Shown here: positions 45,799 through 54,351 of the stretch, piece after piece
Layout: every line of letters starts with the position of its first letter
How positions within the stretch are numbered: the stretch's first letter is position 1
NCBI GenBank assembly: GCA_018701105.1
Contig: JABIWD010000062.1
Span: forward strand, 1-63,265
Source: Candidatus Uhrbacteria bacterium
GTDB lineage: Bacteria > Patescibacteriota > Patescibacteriia > UBA9934 > UBA11717
DNA: 63,265 bases
Reading direction: 5' to 3'
Program-made: the position numbers and the translations under genes
The notes under the pieces: generated by a model
The model's database searches: none
What the model was told of the DNA's origin: nothing
The model's input: only the letters and a program-made list of their open reading frames with translations

Positions 45799-47853
45799 TT
45801 ACTCTGGTGAGTTGCGACTGAGGAACCGTTCGAGTTCGTCTGCTAGTTTTTTATTGTGTTCAAGCTCTGGATCGGTGTCTAGAATCTGTTCGGCTACGTC
45901 GCGTGCTTGTGATATCAGGGTGTGATCAGATAAGCTCGCGAACTGGAATTCAGGCAATCCTGACTGTCGGGTTCCAAAGCGATCTCCTGAACCTCTGAGC
46001 TTGAGGTCGATCTCGGCTAACATGAACCCACTATCGTGTTTAACCATGGCTTCGAGCCTCTCTTTTGTTGACCCGCTCATACTCGTTGGATGCAAGAAAC
46101 ACGTTGCCCTGTCTGACGATCTGCGCACTCGACCCCTCAATTGGTGCAATTGAGCGAGTCCAAACCTCTCTGCCCCCTCAATAAAGATAGTAGTAGCATT
46201 TGGAACGTTCACTCCGACCTCGATAACGGTCGTGGAGACCAATACGTCAATCTCTCCATTGCGGAATTTTGTCATTATCTCGTCCTTCTCCTTTGCCTTC
46301 ATCTTGCCATGAAGCTCCTGAATACTAAATGATCTCAGGTGATTTTTACTCAGTTTCATCTTCAGCTCTTTCACAGAGTCTGCCTCAGATCCTTCACTGA
46401 CATCAATAAACGGACAAACTACATACGCCTGAAATCCCTGTTTAAGTTTCTCGCCGATGATCCCGTAAGCTTCTTTGTCCTGAGACGGTCGCAAAAGAAC
46501 TGTCTCGATCTCGCCACGCCCCGGTGGCAGCTCGTCCAGTATCGAAATGTTCATGTCACCATACAACGCCATAGCAAGTGTGCGCGGAATCGGAGTAGCT
46601 GTCATCGACAAGAAATGTGGCACGATATCGCCGCGCCCTGCTACGAGCTTCTTACGCTGTTCAACACCAAAGCGATGTTGCTCGTCTACGATAACAAGAG
46701 CAAGTTTAGGGATCGCAAGCTCGTCTGATAGCAACGCATGAGTGCCAACCACGATTGCGATCCTGCCATCTACGAGTGCTTCGAGTATTAGCTTCCTCGT
46801 TGACGACTCACCATTAATCTCCTGATATGAGCTCGTCAAAAGCGCAATCTGAACCTCGGGTCCGAGCGTTTCCTGAAGTCCGGATGCTTGTTGCACCGCA
46901 AGTATCTCTGTTGGGGCTAGGTATGCGCTCTGAAAGCCCTGGAACGCCGTATTTCCGGCCGCTAACGCTGCAACAACCGTTTTTCCCGACCCCACGTCAC
47001 CTTCGAGCAAACGATGCATAGGAGTAGCATTTTCCATGTCCTGCATAATCGCAAAAGTAGCCTTCCTTTGCGCATCTGTCAGTGCAAATGGCAACTTCGA
47101 TATCGTCTCTTTTACAAACGGTAAATCCATCTCAATCGCATGCGCCTTGGACAGCTCAATATGCTGTCGGGCTCGGACGTGCGCGATCTGGTGAATCAAC
47201 AACTCGGCGAACTTCATCCTACGCATCGCCTTCTCCCAAGACTCCTGCTCCTCCGGAAAATGTAAAGCCGCAATCGAACTCGCAATCGAAGCAAGATCAT
47301 AATCCGCCACAACATTCTCCGGTATCCACTCCTCCATCTCATCAACCGCCTTCATCGCATTCTTAACAGCATTACGCCTCCCCTTCTGCGCCATCTTTCC
47401 TGACACCGAATAGATCGGCACGAGTCTTCCTGTGTGCTGTGTTGGCCCACTGTCCTTAATTGTCTCGAACTGCGGGTTCACGATGCTCAGACCAAACTTG
47501 TCATCGATCTTTCCTGACAGCGAAACTTTGTCCCCCACCTTCAACGTCTTTGCAATATACGGCTGATGAAACCAAACAGCAGTAATCGTCCCCGTAGCAT
47601 CTTCGATAGTGGCCTCGGTCAGAGTCATTTTCTTCCTAGGACTCCGCCGTGATCGGATACTCGTAATCGATCCTTGGACGGTCGTGGTCTCACCTGGCGA
47701 CAAATCGGCGATCCCTCGAATTGTCCGGTAATCCTCGTATCGAAATGGAAATGCCAAAAGAAGGTCGCGAACAGTATCTATTCCCAACTTTCGATAATTG
47801 ACAGACAGCTTGGGTCCAATCCCGGGCAATGCAGTTATCGGATGATTGATCAT
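45799..47853 (-). CDS. recG: ATP-dependent DNA helicase RecG
   Basis: 684 aa. Wedge/OB N-terminus, GDVGSGKT, DEQHRFG, TATPIPRT, QLRGRVGR-type motif (QLRGRVRR). Confidence 0.95.
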   Translation of the reverse strand: MINHPITALPGIGPKLSVNYRKLGIDTVRDLLLAFPFRYEDYRTIRGIADLSPGETTTVQGSITSIRSRRSPRKKMTLTEATIEDATGTITAVWFHQPYIAKTLKVGDKVSLSGKIDDKFGLSIVNPQFETIKDSGPTQHTGRLVPIYSVSGKMAQKGRRNAVKNAMKAVDEMEEWIPENVVADYDLASIASSIAALHFPEEQESWEKAMRRMKFAELLIHQIAHVRARQHIELSKAHAIEMDLPFVKETISKLPFALTDAQRKATFAIMQDMENATPMHRLLEGDVGSGKTVVAALAAGNTAFQGFQSAYLAPTEILAVQQASGLQETLGPEVQIALLTSSYQEINGESSTRKLILEALVDGRIAIVVGTHALLSDELAIPKLALVIVDEQHRFGVEQRKKLVAGRGDIVPHFLSMTATPIPRTLAMALYGDMNISILDELPPGRGEIETVLLRPSQDKEAYGIIGEKLKQGFQAYVVCPFIDVSEGSEADSVKELKMKLSKNHLRSFSIQELHGKMKAKEKDEIMTKFRNGEIDVLVSTTVIEVGVNVPNATTIFIEGAERFGLAQLHQLRGRVRRSSDRATCFLHPTSMSGSTKERLEAMVKHDSGFMLAEIDLKLRGSGDRFGTRQSGLPEFQFASLSDHTLISQARDVAEQILDTDPELEHNKKLADELERFLSRNSPE

Positions 47854-47873
47854 GGATATATCTTACTAAACTA

Positions 47874-47902
47874 TTGACAAAAGCGATAATTTAGTGTACG
47901 TT
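47874..47902 (+). promoter_or_regulatory. candidate promoter of 47949..48563
   Basis: TTGACA (47874-47879), 17 nt spacer, TACGTT (47897-47902). The 22-nt CTATTGACAAAAGCGATAATTT is repeated at 48650 with 21/22 identity. Confidence 0.45.
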
Positions 47903-47948
47903 CCGGTCAGAAAACACGGCTCACAAACAAAGCCGTGGGAGGAGACAA

Positions 47949-48563
47949 ATGAAAAACCCCATGATCCCGATGCTCGCTGCCCTGCAGCTGGTGCTCGTCG
48001 CCACGGCGGTCACTTATTGCATCCCGGCTACGAGTTCCGATGACGAGGCGACGGAAGATGAGCAGGCCACCGTGACCCTGCAGATCGGCTACCGCACCGA
48101 CGTCGGCGTGGTGATCGACAAGCACGGAACGGTGTGGGACGGCCACATCGAGGTCACTCACTCGCACGACCCGAGCGTGACGCCAGTGGTGACGATCCGC
48201 ACTCCCAGCCTCGGTGGCGATCCCAAAGGGCTCTGCGAGCTCGAGATCGAGAGCACGGACGACAGCGTCGGCCCCACGGACCTCGTGCACACCACGAAGT
48301 ACGTGCCGTTCGGCGTCTGCGGAACCGACCTCTGGATGGCCCACTTCATCATCAGCGGCCGCGGTGATTGGCTCAAGATGCACCTTCACGTCGAAGGAGA
48401 AGAGGACTTCGTGAGCCAGGCCTACCTGGTCCCGGAGACTTCGTTCGCCGTCGGCGCGAACACGGCGACGATCTACAAGGCGTCCACCGGGCTCAACTCG
48501 GAAGCTGACGGCACCTTCGCGTTCCCCGCGTGCGAGCGCCTCATGGACGCAAACGATCTCTGA
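47949..48563 (+). CDS. secreted hypothetical protein (strongly GC3-rich orphan)
   Basis: GGAGGAG SD, signal peptide MKNPMIPMLAALQLVLVATAV, acidic linker SSDDEATEDEQ. Almost exclusively G/C-ending codons. The minus ORF 47907..48611 is its shadow. Confidence 0.65.
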   Translation: MKNPMIPMLAALQLVLVATAVTYCIPATSSDDEATEDEQATVTLQIGYRTDVGVVIDKHGTVWDGHIEVTHSHDPSVTPVVTIRTPSLGGDPKGLCELEIESTDDSVGPTDLVHTTKYVPFGVCGTDLWMAHFIISGRGDWLKMHLHVEGEEDFVSQAYLVPETSFAVGANTATIYKASTGLNSEADGTFAFPACERLMDANDL

Positions 48564-48574
48564 TCGTCTACCAA

Positions 48575-48632
48575 GAACCACCCCCACCAATACCGGTGCG
48601 GATACGGTCACTTGGTGGGCGGTTCTTTTTTT
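48575..48632 (+). terminator. intrinsic terminator
   Basis: Long imperfect hairpin (GAACC...CCCACCAA / TTGGTGGG...GGTTC) followed by TTTTTTT. Confidence 0.65.
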
Positions 48633-48652
48633 CGATTATCTACCTATCGCTA

Positions 48653-48681
48653 TTGACAAAAGCAATAATTTCTACTATAAA
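48653..48681 (+). promoter_or_regulatory. candidate promoter of 48707..48904
   Basis: TTGACA (48653-48658), 17 nt spacer, TATAAA (48676-48681). Confidence 0.5.
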
Positions 48682-48706
48682 GAAACTAAACCCAGGAGAC
48701 AGAAAG

Positions 48707-48904
48707 ATGACTGAACCCGATACCAAGGGTCAAGAAACAGATCGAGATCAACCGGATAACAAGGCGGAGACCGGTTTCATCCGGACCTTCCCCAAGTGCC
48801 CGTTCTGCGGCAATGATTCCCAAGTTGGCGAGAACGAGACGACGTTCGTCTTCCTGTTCATGAACAGGTACCACTGCCACGCATGCGACAGACGTTTTGC
48901 GTAG
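48707..48904 (+). CDS. small zinc-ribbon protein, hypothetical
   Basis: 65 aa from ATG 48707, with AGGAG 8 nt upstream. Has CPFC...(24 aa)...CHAC. The track ORF 48530 start runs through the upstream terminator. Confidence 0.5.
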   Translation: MTEPDTKGQETDRDQPDNKAETGFIRTFPKCPFCGNDSQVGENETTFVFLFMNRYHCHACDRRFA

Positions 48905-48914
48905 AGCGCTACTG

Positions 48915-48947
48915 CACCCCCGGCCTAGCCGGGGGTGTCGCTTTTTT
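48915..48947 (+). terminator. intrinsic terminator
   Basis: CACCCCCGG (48915-48923) pairs with CCGGGGGTG (48929-48937), then TCGCTTTTTT. Confidence 0.75.
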
Positions 48948-48983
48948 ATAAAAGAAAAACACCCACGAACGTGAGTGATTTTC

Positions 48984-49060
48984 TGGTGTACCCGGCACGA
49001 TTCGAACGTGCGGCCTTTGGCTCCGCAAGCCAACGCTCTATCCAACTGAGCTACGGGTAC
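48984..49060 (-). tRNA. tRNA-Arg (anticodon GCG)
   Basis: Hand-folded cloverleaf: GTACCCG/CGGGTAC acceptor, GCTC/GAGC D stem, TTGGC/GCCAA anticodon stem, loop TTGCGGA, GCACG/CGTGC T stem with TTCGAAT. Encoded CCA end. Confidence 0.9.
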
Positions 49061-49156
49061 ATATTGAGTCCTGCGAAGTTGGCCTCTAGCCAACTGCCGT
49101 GCCCCTCGTAGCTGGTAAGCGAAGTGGGGAGCTACGAGTACGTGTAGCCTAGGAAC

Positions 49157-49678
49157 TTAGAGTTTATACAACCTTTTTATGTAGTCTGTCAAGCTCTCTT
49201 CCTTACGGTCGTCGTTCTCATAAACGAAATCTAACATCGTCTCTCGAAGCTCGATTGGGTCCAAATTTTCAGGTAGGTCTATACTTACGTACGGGTGAAT
49301 GTTTCTCGCAAAGTCTATGTACAACTTCTGCACATCTGGCGGTTCATATGCAATCCAAAAGTTCTTTATCTCATCCCATGGGTGATAATGGTTTCCAATC
49401 ACAAGCCCAGTCGTCAGAATAACTACAGGAACATCCTCGGGATCATGAAAGTGCTGCATGATCATAAATGTGCCAAACAAGATCAGCAACACCGCGAAAA
49501 TGTAGTTACTCGTCAAGATCGCGTAGAGTATCAATGCAATCCCAAAGACCAAGAAGGTTACATACCAAGCTGTACCCCTCTCATGTTGGTGAAATTCCTT
49601 CATTGTCCAGTACAACAAAAGGTCACCGTACTTTGGGTCGATCTGCTCCTCGATTGATTGTTCTTGTTTCTCATCCAT
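49157..49678 (-). CDS. hypothetical membrane protein
   Basis: Start taken at MDEKQEQ (M28 of the track ORF). Two central TM helices then a soluble C-terminal domain. Confidence 0.6.
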   Translation of the reverse strand: MDEKQEQSIEEQIDPKYGDLLLYWTMKEFHQHERGTAWYVTFLVFGIALILYAILTSNYIFAVLLILFGTFMIMQHFHDPEDVPVVILTTGLVIGNHYHPWDEIKNFWIAYEPPDVQKLYIDFARNIHPYVSIDLPENLDPIELRETMLDFVYENDDRKEESLTDYIKRLYKL

Positions 49679-49759
49679 CTGCCAACAGTATACCAAACTG
49701 CGGCAATAGAAAGAACACTTGATTTTCTGGCCGTAATATAGTACTGTTGCCCTGCTCAT

Positions 49760-49852
49760 GGAGAGGTACCCAAGAGGCTTAAGGGGACGGATTGCTAATC
49801 CGTTAGGTCGGGTTTACCCGGTGCGAGGGTTCGAATCCCTCTCTCTCCGCCA
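49760..49852 (+). tRNA. tRNA-Ser (anticodon GCU)
   Basis: Type II tRNA with a long variable arm. Anticodon stem ACGGA/TCCGT, loop TTGCTAA, T loop TTCGAAT, encoded CCA. Confidence 0.92.
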
Positions 49853-49902
49853 GGGAGTGTTGATCATCAGTGGTCAATAGCCTCTGGCCGAGAATTTTAT
49901 AC

Positions 49903-49993
49903 GGAGAGATGGCTGAGCGGTTGAAGGCACTGGTCTTGAAAACCAGCAAGGGTTTATAGCCCTTCAAGGGTTCGAATCCCTTTCTCTCCGCCA
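49903..49993 (+). tRNA. tRNA-Ser (anticodon UGA)
   Basis: Type II tRNA. Anticodon stem CTGGT/ACCAG, loop CTTGAAA, long variable arm, encoded CCA. Confidence 0.92.
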
Positions 49994-50109
49994 CGTAAAA
50001 ACAGCAGCTAGTCTGGTGTTTTTTCGTATCCGTACGACTATCCAACGGTTTCAGAGTTGATTTCATACGGCACTTCGAGTGAACGCTACTGTTCACGTGG
50101 CACGCCAAA

Positions 50110-51129
50110 CTATCTCGCGGACTCAATCAACTTGCCTACGAGCTCCTCATATGACACGCCGCTCACCTCCCATAGCTTGGGGTACATGCTTGATTTTGTG
50201 AAACCGGGGATTGTGTTGATTTCGTTTACCATGATGTCACCGTTCGCTTTCAAGAAGACGTCTACTCGCCCCATGCCCCTGCACTCCAGGGTCTTGAATG
50301 TCCTGAGTGCGATTTCTTTAATCTGCTTAGTTGCCTCGTCCGAGATCTCTGCGGGGATCACTAGGTTCGCTTCACTGACGTCTGAGTACTTCTCGTCGTA
50401 TGTATAAAACCCGTCGTCCATGATTACCTCTCCCGCTACGGATGCGACCGGATTCTCGTTGCCTAACACCGCGCACTCCAACTCACGCCCTTCGATCATT
50501 TCTTCAATCAGAACCTTGTCATCAAACCTGAAGGCTTCTTTTACCGCAGCCTCGTACTCCTGAGCATCACGAGCCTTACTTACACCAACTGACGACCCCA
50601 TGTTCGCCGGCTTTATGAATACTGGTGATCCTAGCTGCGACTCGATCTCCTGAAAACTCGGAATCTTGTCCCCGGATCGAACCGCGACAAACTTCCCTAT
50701 CGGAATATCCGCATCACGCAATAGACGCTTCATGACATCCTTATCAAGACCCACTGCCGATCCCAAAACTCCCGCACCAACAAAAGGCACGCCAGTAAGC
50801 TTAAGTAGCCCTTGGATCGTCCCGTCTTCTCCGAAAGGACCGTGTAGAACTGGGAATACGACATCGATCACGAGATCGACATCAGGATTTGTCATGTTGT
50901 AAATCTTCCCTCCGCCACCAGGAACCAAAACAACCTCGTCCCCTTTCGGGTCGACTTTCACGATCTCAGCATCCGATCCTAGTAACCAACGTCCGCTTTT
51001 ATCGATCCCGATCAGTACCGGATTATATTTTTCTTTATCCAACGCATCATAAACACTCTGCGCGGACATCAAAGAAACATCATGCTCAGCAGACTGCCCT
51101 CCAAATAAGATTGCAACATTTTTTTTCAC
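50110..51129 (-). CDS. ddl: D-alanine--D-alanine ligase
   Basis: 339 aa. FGGQSAEHDVS, HGPFGEDGTIQGLL, ATP-grasp motifs, EINTIPG. Confidence 0.95.
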   Translation of the reverse strand: MKKNVAILFGGQSAEHDVSLMSAQSVYDALDKEKYNPVLIGIDKSGRWLLGSDAEIVKVDPKGDEVVLVPGGGGKIYNMTNPDVDLVIDVVFPVLHGPFGEDGTIQGLLKLTGVPFVGAGVLGSAVGLDKDVMKRLLRDADIPIGKFVAVRSGDKIPSFQEIESQLGSPVFIKPANMGSSVGVSKARDAQEYEAAVKEAFRFDDKVLIEEMIEGRELECAVLGNENPVASVAGEVIMDDGFYTYDEKYSDVSEANLVIPAEISDEATKQIKEIALRTFKTLECRGMGRVDVFLKANGDIMVNEINTIPGFTKSSMYPKLWEVSGVSYEELVGKLIESAR

Positions 51130-51135
51130 AAATCC

Positions 51136-51420
51136 TTACCTCAGAGTAAAAAACGTAAGCCCCAAAACCAGAAGCACTGCCAATACGACGATTCCAACAA
51201 TCTTTGTTCTCCTGCGCTCTGGACTCAGCTCGCACCACGCCTTGCGACCGTTCAGATTCGCGGCACCCAGTACAAACAGATATATACCTAACCCACGAAT
51301 AATATCGTGAATGATTGGTCTCTCAGAATCAGACATCAACCAAATAAATAAACCTGCAGCAAACATCGATACTGCCAAGACTTTAGTCTGACTATTTGAA
51401 TCGCACTTTTTCATGTTCAT
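51136..51420 (-). CDS. small membrane protein, hypothetical
   Basis: 94 aa with three hydrophobic helices. Lies 6 nt upstream of ddl. Confidence 0.5.
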   Translation of the reverse strand: MNMKKCDSNSQTKVLAVSMFAAGLFIWLMSDSERPIIHDIIRGLGIYLFVLGAANLNGRKAWCELSPERRRTKIVGIVVLAVLLVLGLTFFTLR

Positions 51421-51441
51421 ATTTCGCGTTAACGATAATGA

Positions 51442-51750
51442 TTATTTTGTTTCATCCAATACAATTCTCTCACTAAACCCTCCTCGTTTCTCTTTCTTTT
51501 CCAACCGAATCTTCTCTACCTCTTCAAACGATATCTCTCTGTATTCCAACATCGAGTGAATAACCTCCAAAAGATCTGCAAGCTCTTCTTTGACGTTCGT
51601 ATCTTCCAAAACCTCATTCGTCTCTTCCAACAACTTCGCCTTCAAACGCTCCCAATGTTCCTAACCATCCGCAATGTGAGTGATAGCAGTGTCGCCATTA
51701 TCTGTAATGATCTGCGGGATCTTGTCTCGCACTAGTTTGTTGTGTTTCAT
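51442..51750 (-). pseudogene. MazG/PRA-PH-like nucleoside triphosphate pyrophosphohydrolase interrupted by one in-frame TAG
   Basis: Reverse strand from ATG 51750: MKHNKLVRDKIPQIITDNGDTAITHIADG-TAG(51661-51663)-EHWERLKAKLLEETNEVLED...KRGGFSERIVLDE. Both halves are in the same frame and together match the about 100-aa family layout (KLVRDKIP...E..ADL.EV...KR GGF). Confidence 0.7.
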
Positions 51751-51821
51751 AGGAGAGATTGCAAAGAATTCACCTCATGTTTCAACCTCATCCTAGCACT
51801 CCGGGGCCCTATTTTCAAGGG

Positions 51822-51850
51822 TTGACAAAGCGGCTATTTCGCGATACGTT
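51822..51850 (+). promoter_or_regulatory. candidate promoter of 51949..52395
   Basis: TTGACA (51822-51827), 17 nt spacer, TACGTT (51845-51850). This is the same -35/-10 pair as at 47874. Confidence 0.4.
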
Positions 51851-51948
51851 TACCACCGACCACAGGATAATCGCCATGTTTGCGCGTGCTATGACGGCGC
51901 GTGTGTCCTGGCAAATACCGGCCGTCACGTGACGGCGGAGACTCAGTT

Positions 51949-52395
51949 ATGGGTGCAAAGCCCGCTACACCGCGACAGACCTTCGAGAAAGACACGTTGG
52001 CACTCAAGGAAGACGGAACGGTGCGCTTTTTTGGCGCAACGGGACGTGACCTGGGTATCGCCTGGGACGTATTCCCTGTTTCAGGTAAGGCATTCGAGTG
52101 CGCCAAGACTCAGGTCGGCCTGGAAATCCAGAGTGCCCTCGAGAAGGAGTTCAAAGATGACGAAGACGACAGGGTCAGTCACATACTGGTCCATCCCGAG
52201 ACTGCTGTCCTACTCTTCCTGGAGGGATACATCTCTACAGATCACATGCTCAGGAGCGAGCAAGAGACCGGTCAGACCTTGCTCGGAATGGTCCCGTTCA
52301 ACGTCAACGGCGAGGTAGAGCATATCTATGTCGCCGTCCACCCCTACAGCAGCCAGCCCTACGCCATCATCGGGTACGACGGCATGAAGCTCTGA
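51949..52395 (+). CDS. hypothetical protein (GC-enriched orphan)
   Basis: 148 aa from ATG 51949, with GGAG 8 nt upstream. No family recognised. Confidence 0.55.
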   Translation: MGAKPATPRQTFEKDTLALKEDGTVRFFGATGRDLGIAWDVFPVSGKAFECAKTQVGLEIQSALEKEFKDDEDDRVSHILVHPETAVLLFLEGYISTDHMLRSEQETGQTLLGMVPFNVNGEVEHIYVAVHPYSSQPYAIIGYDGMKL

Positions 52396-52416
52396 GCGGC
52401 AACAACTTCGACGCGA

Positions 52417-52452
52417 GGCGCGGCCCCCTGGGACCGCGCCCTCTTTTTTTTT
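52417..52452 (+). terminator. intrinsic terminator
   Basis: GGCGCGG (52417-52423) pairs with CCGCGCC (52434-52440), then CTCTTTTTTTTT. Confidence 0.7.
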
Positions 52453-52467
52453 AAAAAAAATCGAGCC

Positions 52468-53037
52468 CTAGGAGGGCCCATTGTTGAAGTTCTCTTCGAA
52501 TCTGCTCAGTACGACGTCTGCGGGCAGGTTCCCGTCTAGCACAACGTCGCTGAATCCCAGAAGGTCTGGAATCTCTCTCTCGGTCTCCAGATTGTTCTGG
52601 GCATCGAACGCCTCGCGCGAGAAGTCTGGACCGTCTTCCGGCCGTCCTCTTTCAACCCAGCGATCAAAGCGGAGATCGCTTTGCGCACGAAGGAACACGA
52701 CCTTGAGGTCAATATCCGAATGTGCGCTCATGCGTTCCGCCTGAGCAATACGCCGCCAGCCGTCCAGCACGTACACCTCTGCTGGGTTTGCACGCATGTG
52801 CTCCAGCATCAGGTCGACAAGGAACGTCTCTCCGTGCTCTGCAGCCATGTGCCCATAGAACGCAGACATGTGCTTACGTTCCGTGGACAGACCCAAGTCC
52901 TCCATCCTCTCTCGTAGCAGGTCAGAAATGAGCAATGTACGCGCGCCAGAGTGACGCGCGCAATACGCTTCTGCCAATGTTGACTTGCCAGCACAGATGT
53001 AGCCAGCAAGTGCGATCACTCGTTGTTCTTTACACAC
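52468..53037 (-). CDS. P-loop NTPase/kinase-like protein (GC-enriched)
   Basis: GTG start with GGAGG upstream. Walker A AGYICAGKST. Size and layout of small nucleotide/nucleoside kinases. Confidence 0.65.
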   Translation of the reverse strand: MCKEQRVIALAGYICAGKSTLAEAYCARHSGARTLLISDLLRERMEDLGLSTERKHMSAFYGHMAAEHGETFLVDLMLEHMRANPAEVYVLDGWRRIAQAERMSAHSDIDLKVVFLRAQSDLRFDRWVERGRPEDGPDFSREAFDAQNNLETEREIPDLLGFSDVVLDGNLPADVVLSRFEENFNNGPS

Positions 53038-53094
53038 GACAAGCCCCTCCTCTAGCGCTACCTTCTCACGCTATGATTTCAAGGTCAAGCGCAC

Positions 53095-53796
53095 TCAATT
53101 CCCTCTGGCAAAAGTAACGCCCCAAACAACCTCAACACCGGACCTCTTAAGCTCGCGTGCCACCGCCGACATGGTCTTCCCTGTCGTATAGACGTCATCG
53201 ACGAGAATGACGTTCGGCGGAACGATAATATTTGTGTTCACCTCAAACACCCCATCAAAAGATCGCTCAGCTCTTTTTTTATCACTCAAGCTAGCCTGAG
53301 GCTTCTGAAAATGCCGAGCCCGCTTTACAAGATTCAGTTCAAGATCGATCCCAAGCTCCATCGCTATTATACGAGCTAGCACAATGCTCTGGTCAAACCC
53401 ACGCGCTCGAGCTCGCATCGGATGTAGCGGCACGGGCACGATCACCCAGTTCTTACTCGGAACTTGCTGCGTCGCATTGAGCCACTGAGACAAGATCGAG
53501 CTTATGTGGGGCTCGGCCTCGCGTACAAAGCGATACTTCCATAGTCTGACTAGTTTTTTTGAAAGAATATTCGCATACCACGTCGCACTAACAACGCCAT
53601 CGAGCGAATGGTCGTAATGCTCCGAACATCGCGCGCCATAAGTCGTGATCGCGTCGCACCCGGGACAGTGCTGAGGATACCTGCAAACAAAAACAGCGCG
53701 ACATTCTACACACAAGAGGAATCCGTCGCGCTGGCATTTTATGCACTGCTGGGGGAAAATTGCATTGCGTAGTCTATGTATCCACTTTAATTCCAT
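53095..53796 (-). CDS. comF: ComF family protein (phosphoribosyltransferase-type)
   Basis: N-terminal Cys clusters (C.KC...C.EC, CPGC), C-terminal PRT motif VILVDDVYTTGKT. Overlaps the upstream gene by 10 nt. Confidence 0.85.
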   Translation of the reverse strand: MELKWIHRLRNAIFPQQCIKCQRDGFLLCVECRAVFVCRYPQHCPGCDAITTYGARCSEHYDHSLDGVVSATWYANILSKKLVRLWKYRFVREAEPHISSILSQWLNATQQVPSKNWVIVPVPLHPMRARARGFDQSIVLARIIAMELGIDLELNLVKRARHFQKPQASLSDKKRAERSFDGVFEVNTNIIVPPNVILVDDVYTTGKTMSAVARELKRSGVEVVWGVTFARGN

Positions 53797-54350
53797 TGAA
53801 AATTAGCTACTAACCACAATTCTCCACGCTTTTCCAGAGAAATCGTTGCTGTTTTGTACTCTATAGTAGTATTGGTTCGCGTACCCAGCTCAATCTCGTT
53901 CTGCACGGCTACTGCGTATACAACGCTTCCAGACTCCTCGCTCCCTGAGCTCAATGCAGCCGACAAAGCTCTTGTGCTCACACCGCGAAACGACTCTGCA
54001 TCAACATCTGTAACGCCACTTTGAAGAGTCGCGTGATACTCAGGCGTACTCAATTCCTTTACCTCGTTCACGTTCTCAAAAGGAACATCTGTCGAATATG
54101 TTCCAAATCTCTCAGCAAAGTTCATGGCTACAACTCGAGCCGATGCCGCGTCTGCGGTAACCGGAATAACTTCTGAAGCCGACGGTGTGGTATCTCGAAT
54201 CACAGCCTCTGGAGCCACGGGCTCTGGCACGGGCTCTGGGACTACTTCGCCTCCTCTAAACAAGAAGAACCATAGCAAGAATAACATCACCAATATCAAC
54301 ACTATAAGTGCCGCTACTATTGACCGCCTTTGTCCTGGGGTAATTTGCAT
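53787..54350 (-). CDS. bitopic membrane protein (VirB8-like role is only a guess)
   Basis: 187 aa. N-terminal TM, Pro/Glu linker, about 120-aa extracytoplasmic domain ending ...RGELWLVANFQWN (looks NTF2-like). Starts 1 nt after the VirB4 gene. Confidence 0.6.
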   Translation of the reverse strand: MQITPGQRRSIVAALIVLILVMLFLLWFFLFRGGEVVPEPVPEPVAPEAVIRDTTPSASEVIPVTADAASARVVAMNFAERFGTYSTDVPFENVNEVKELSTPEYHATLQSGVTDVDAESFRGVSTRALSAALSSGSEESGSVVYAVAVQNEIELGTRTNTTIEYKTATISLEKRGELWLVANFQWN

Positions 54351-54351
54351 A

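Noticed and set aside
47907-48611. - strand 234-aa ORF opposite 47949..48563
   Set aside because: It is the antisense shadow of a very GC3-rich gene. The + ORF has an SD, a signal peptide, and a promoter and terminator in the + orientation.
49061-49156. Structured region between the membrane-protein gene and tRNA-Arg (hairpins CTCGTAGC.../...GCTACGAG and GTTGGC/GCCAAC)
   Set aside because: It is probably just a terminator or tRNA-precursor processing structure. I recognised no conserved ncRNA motif.
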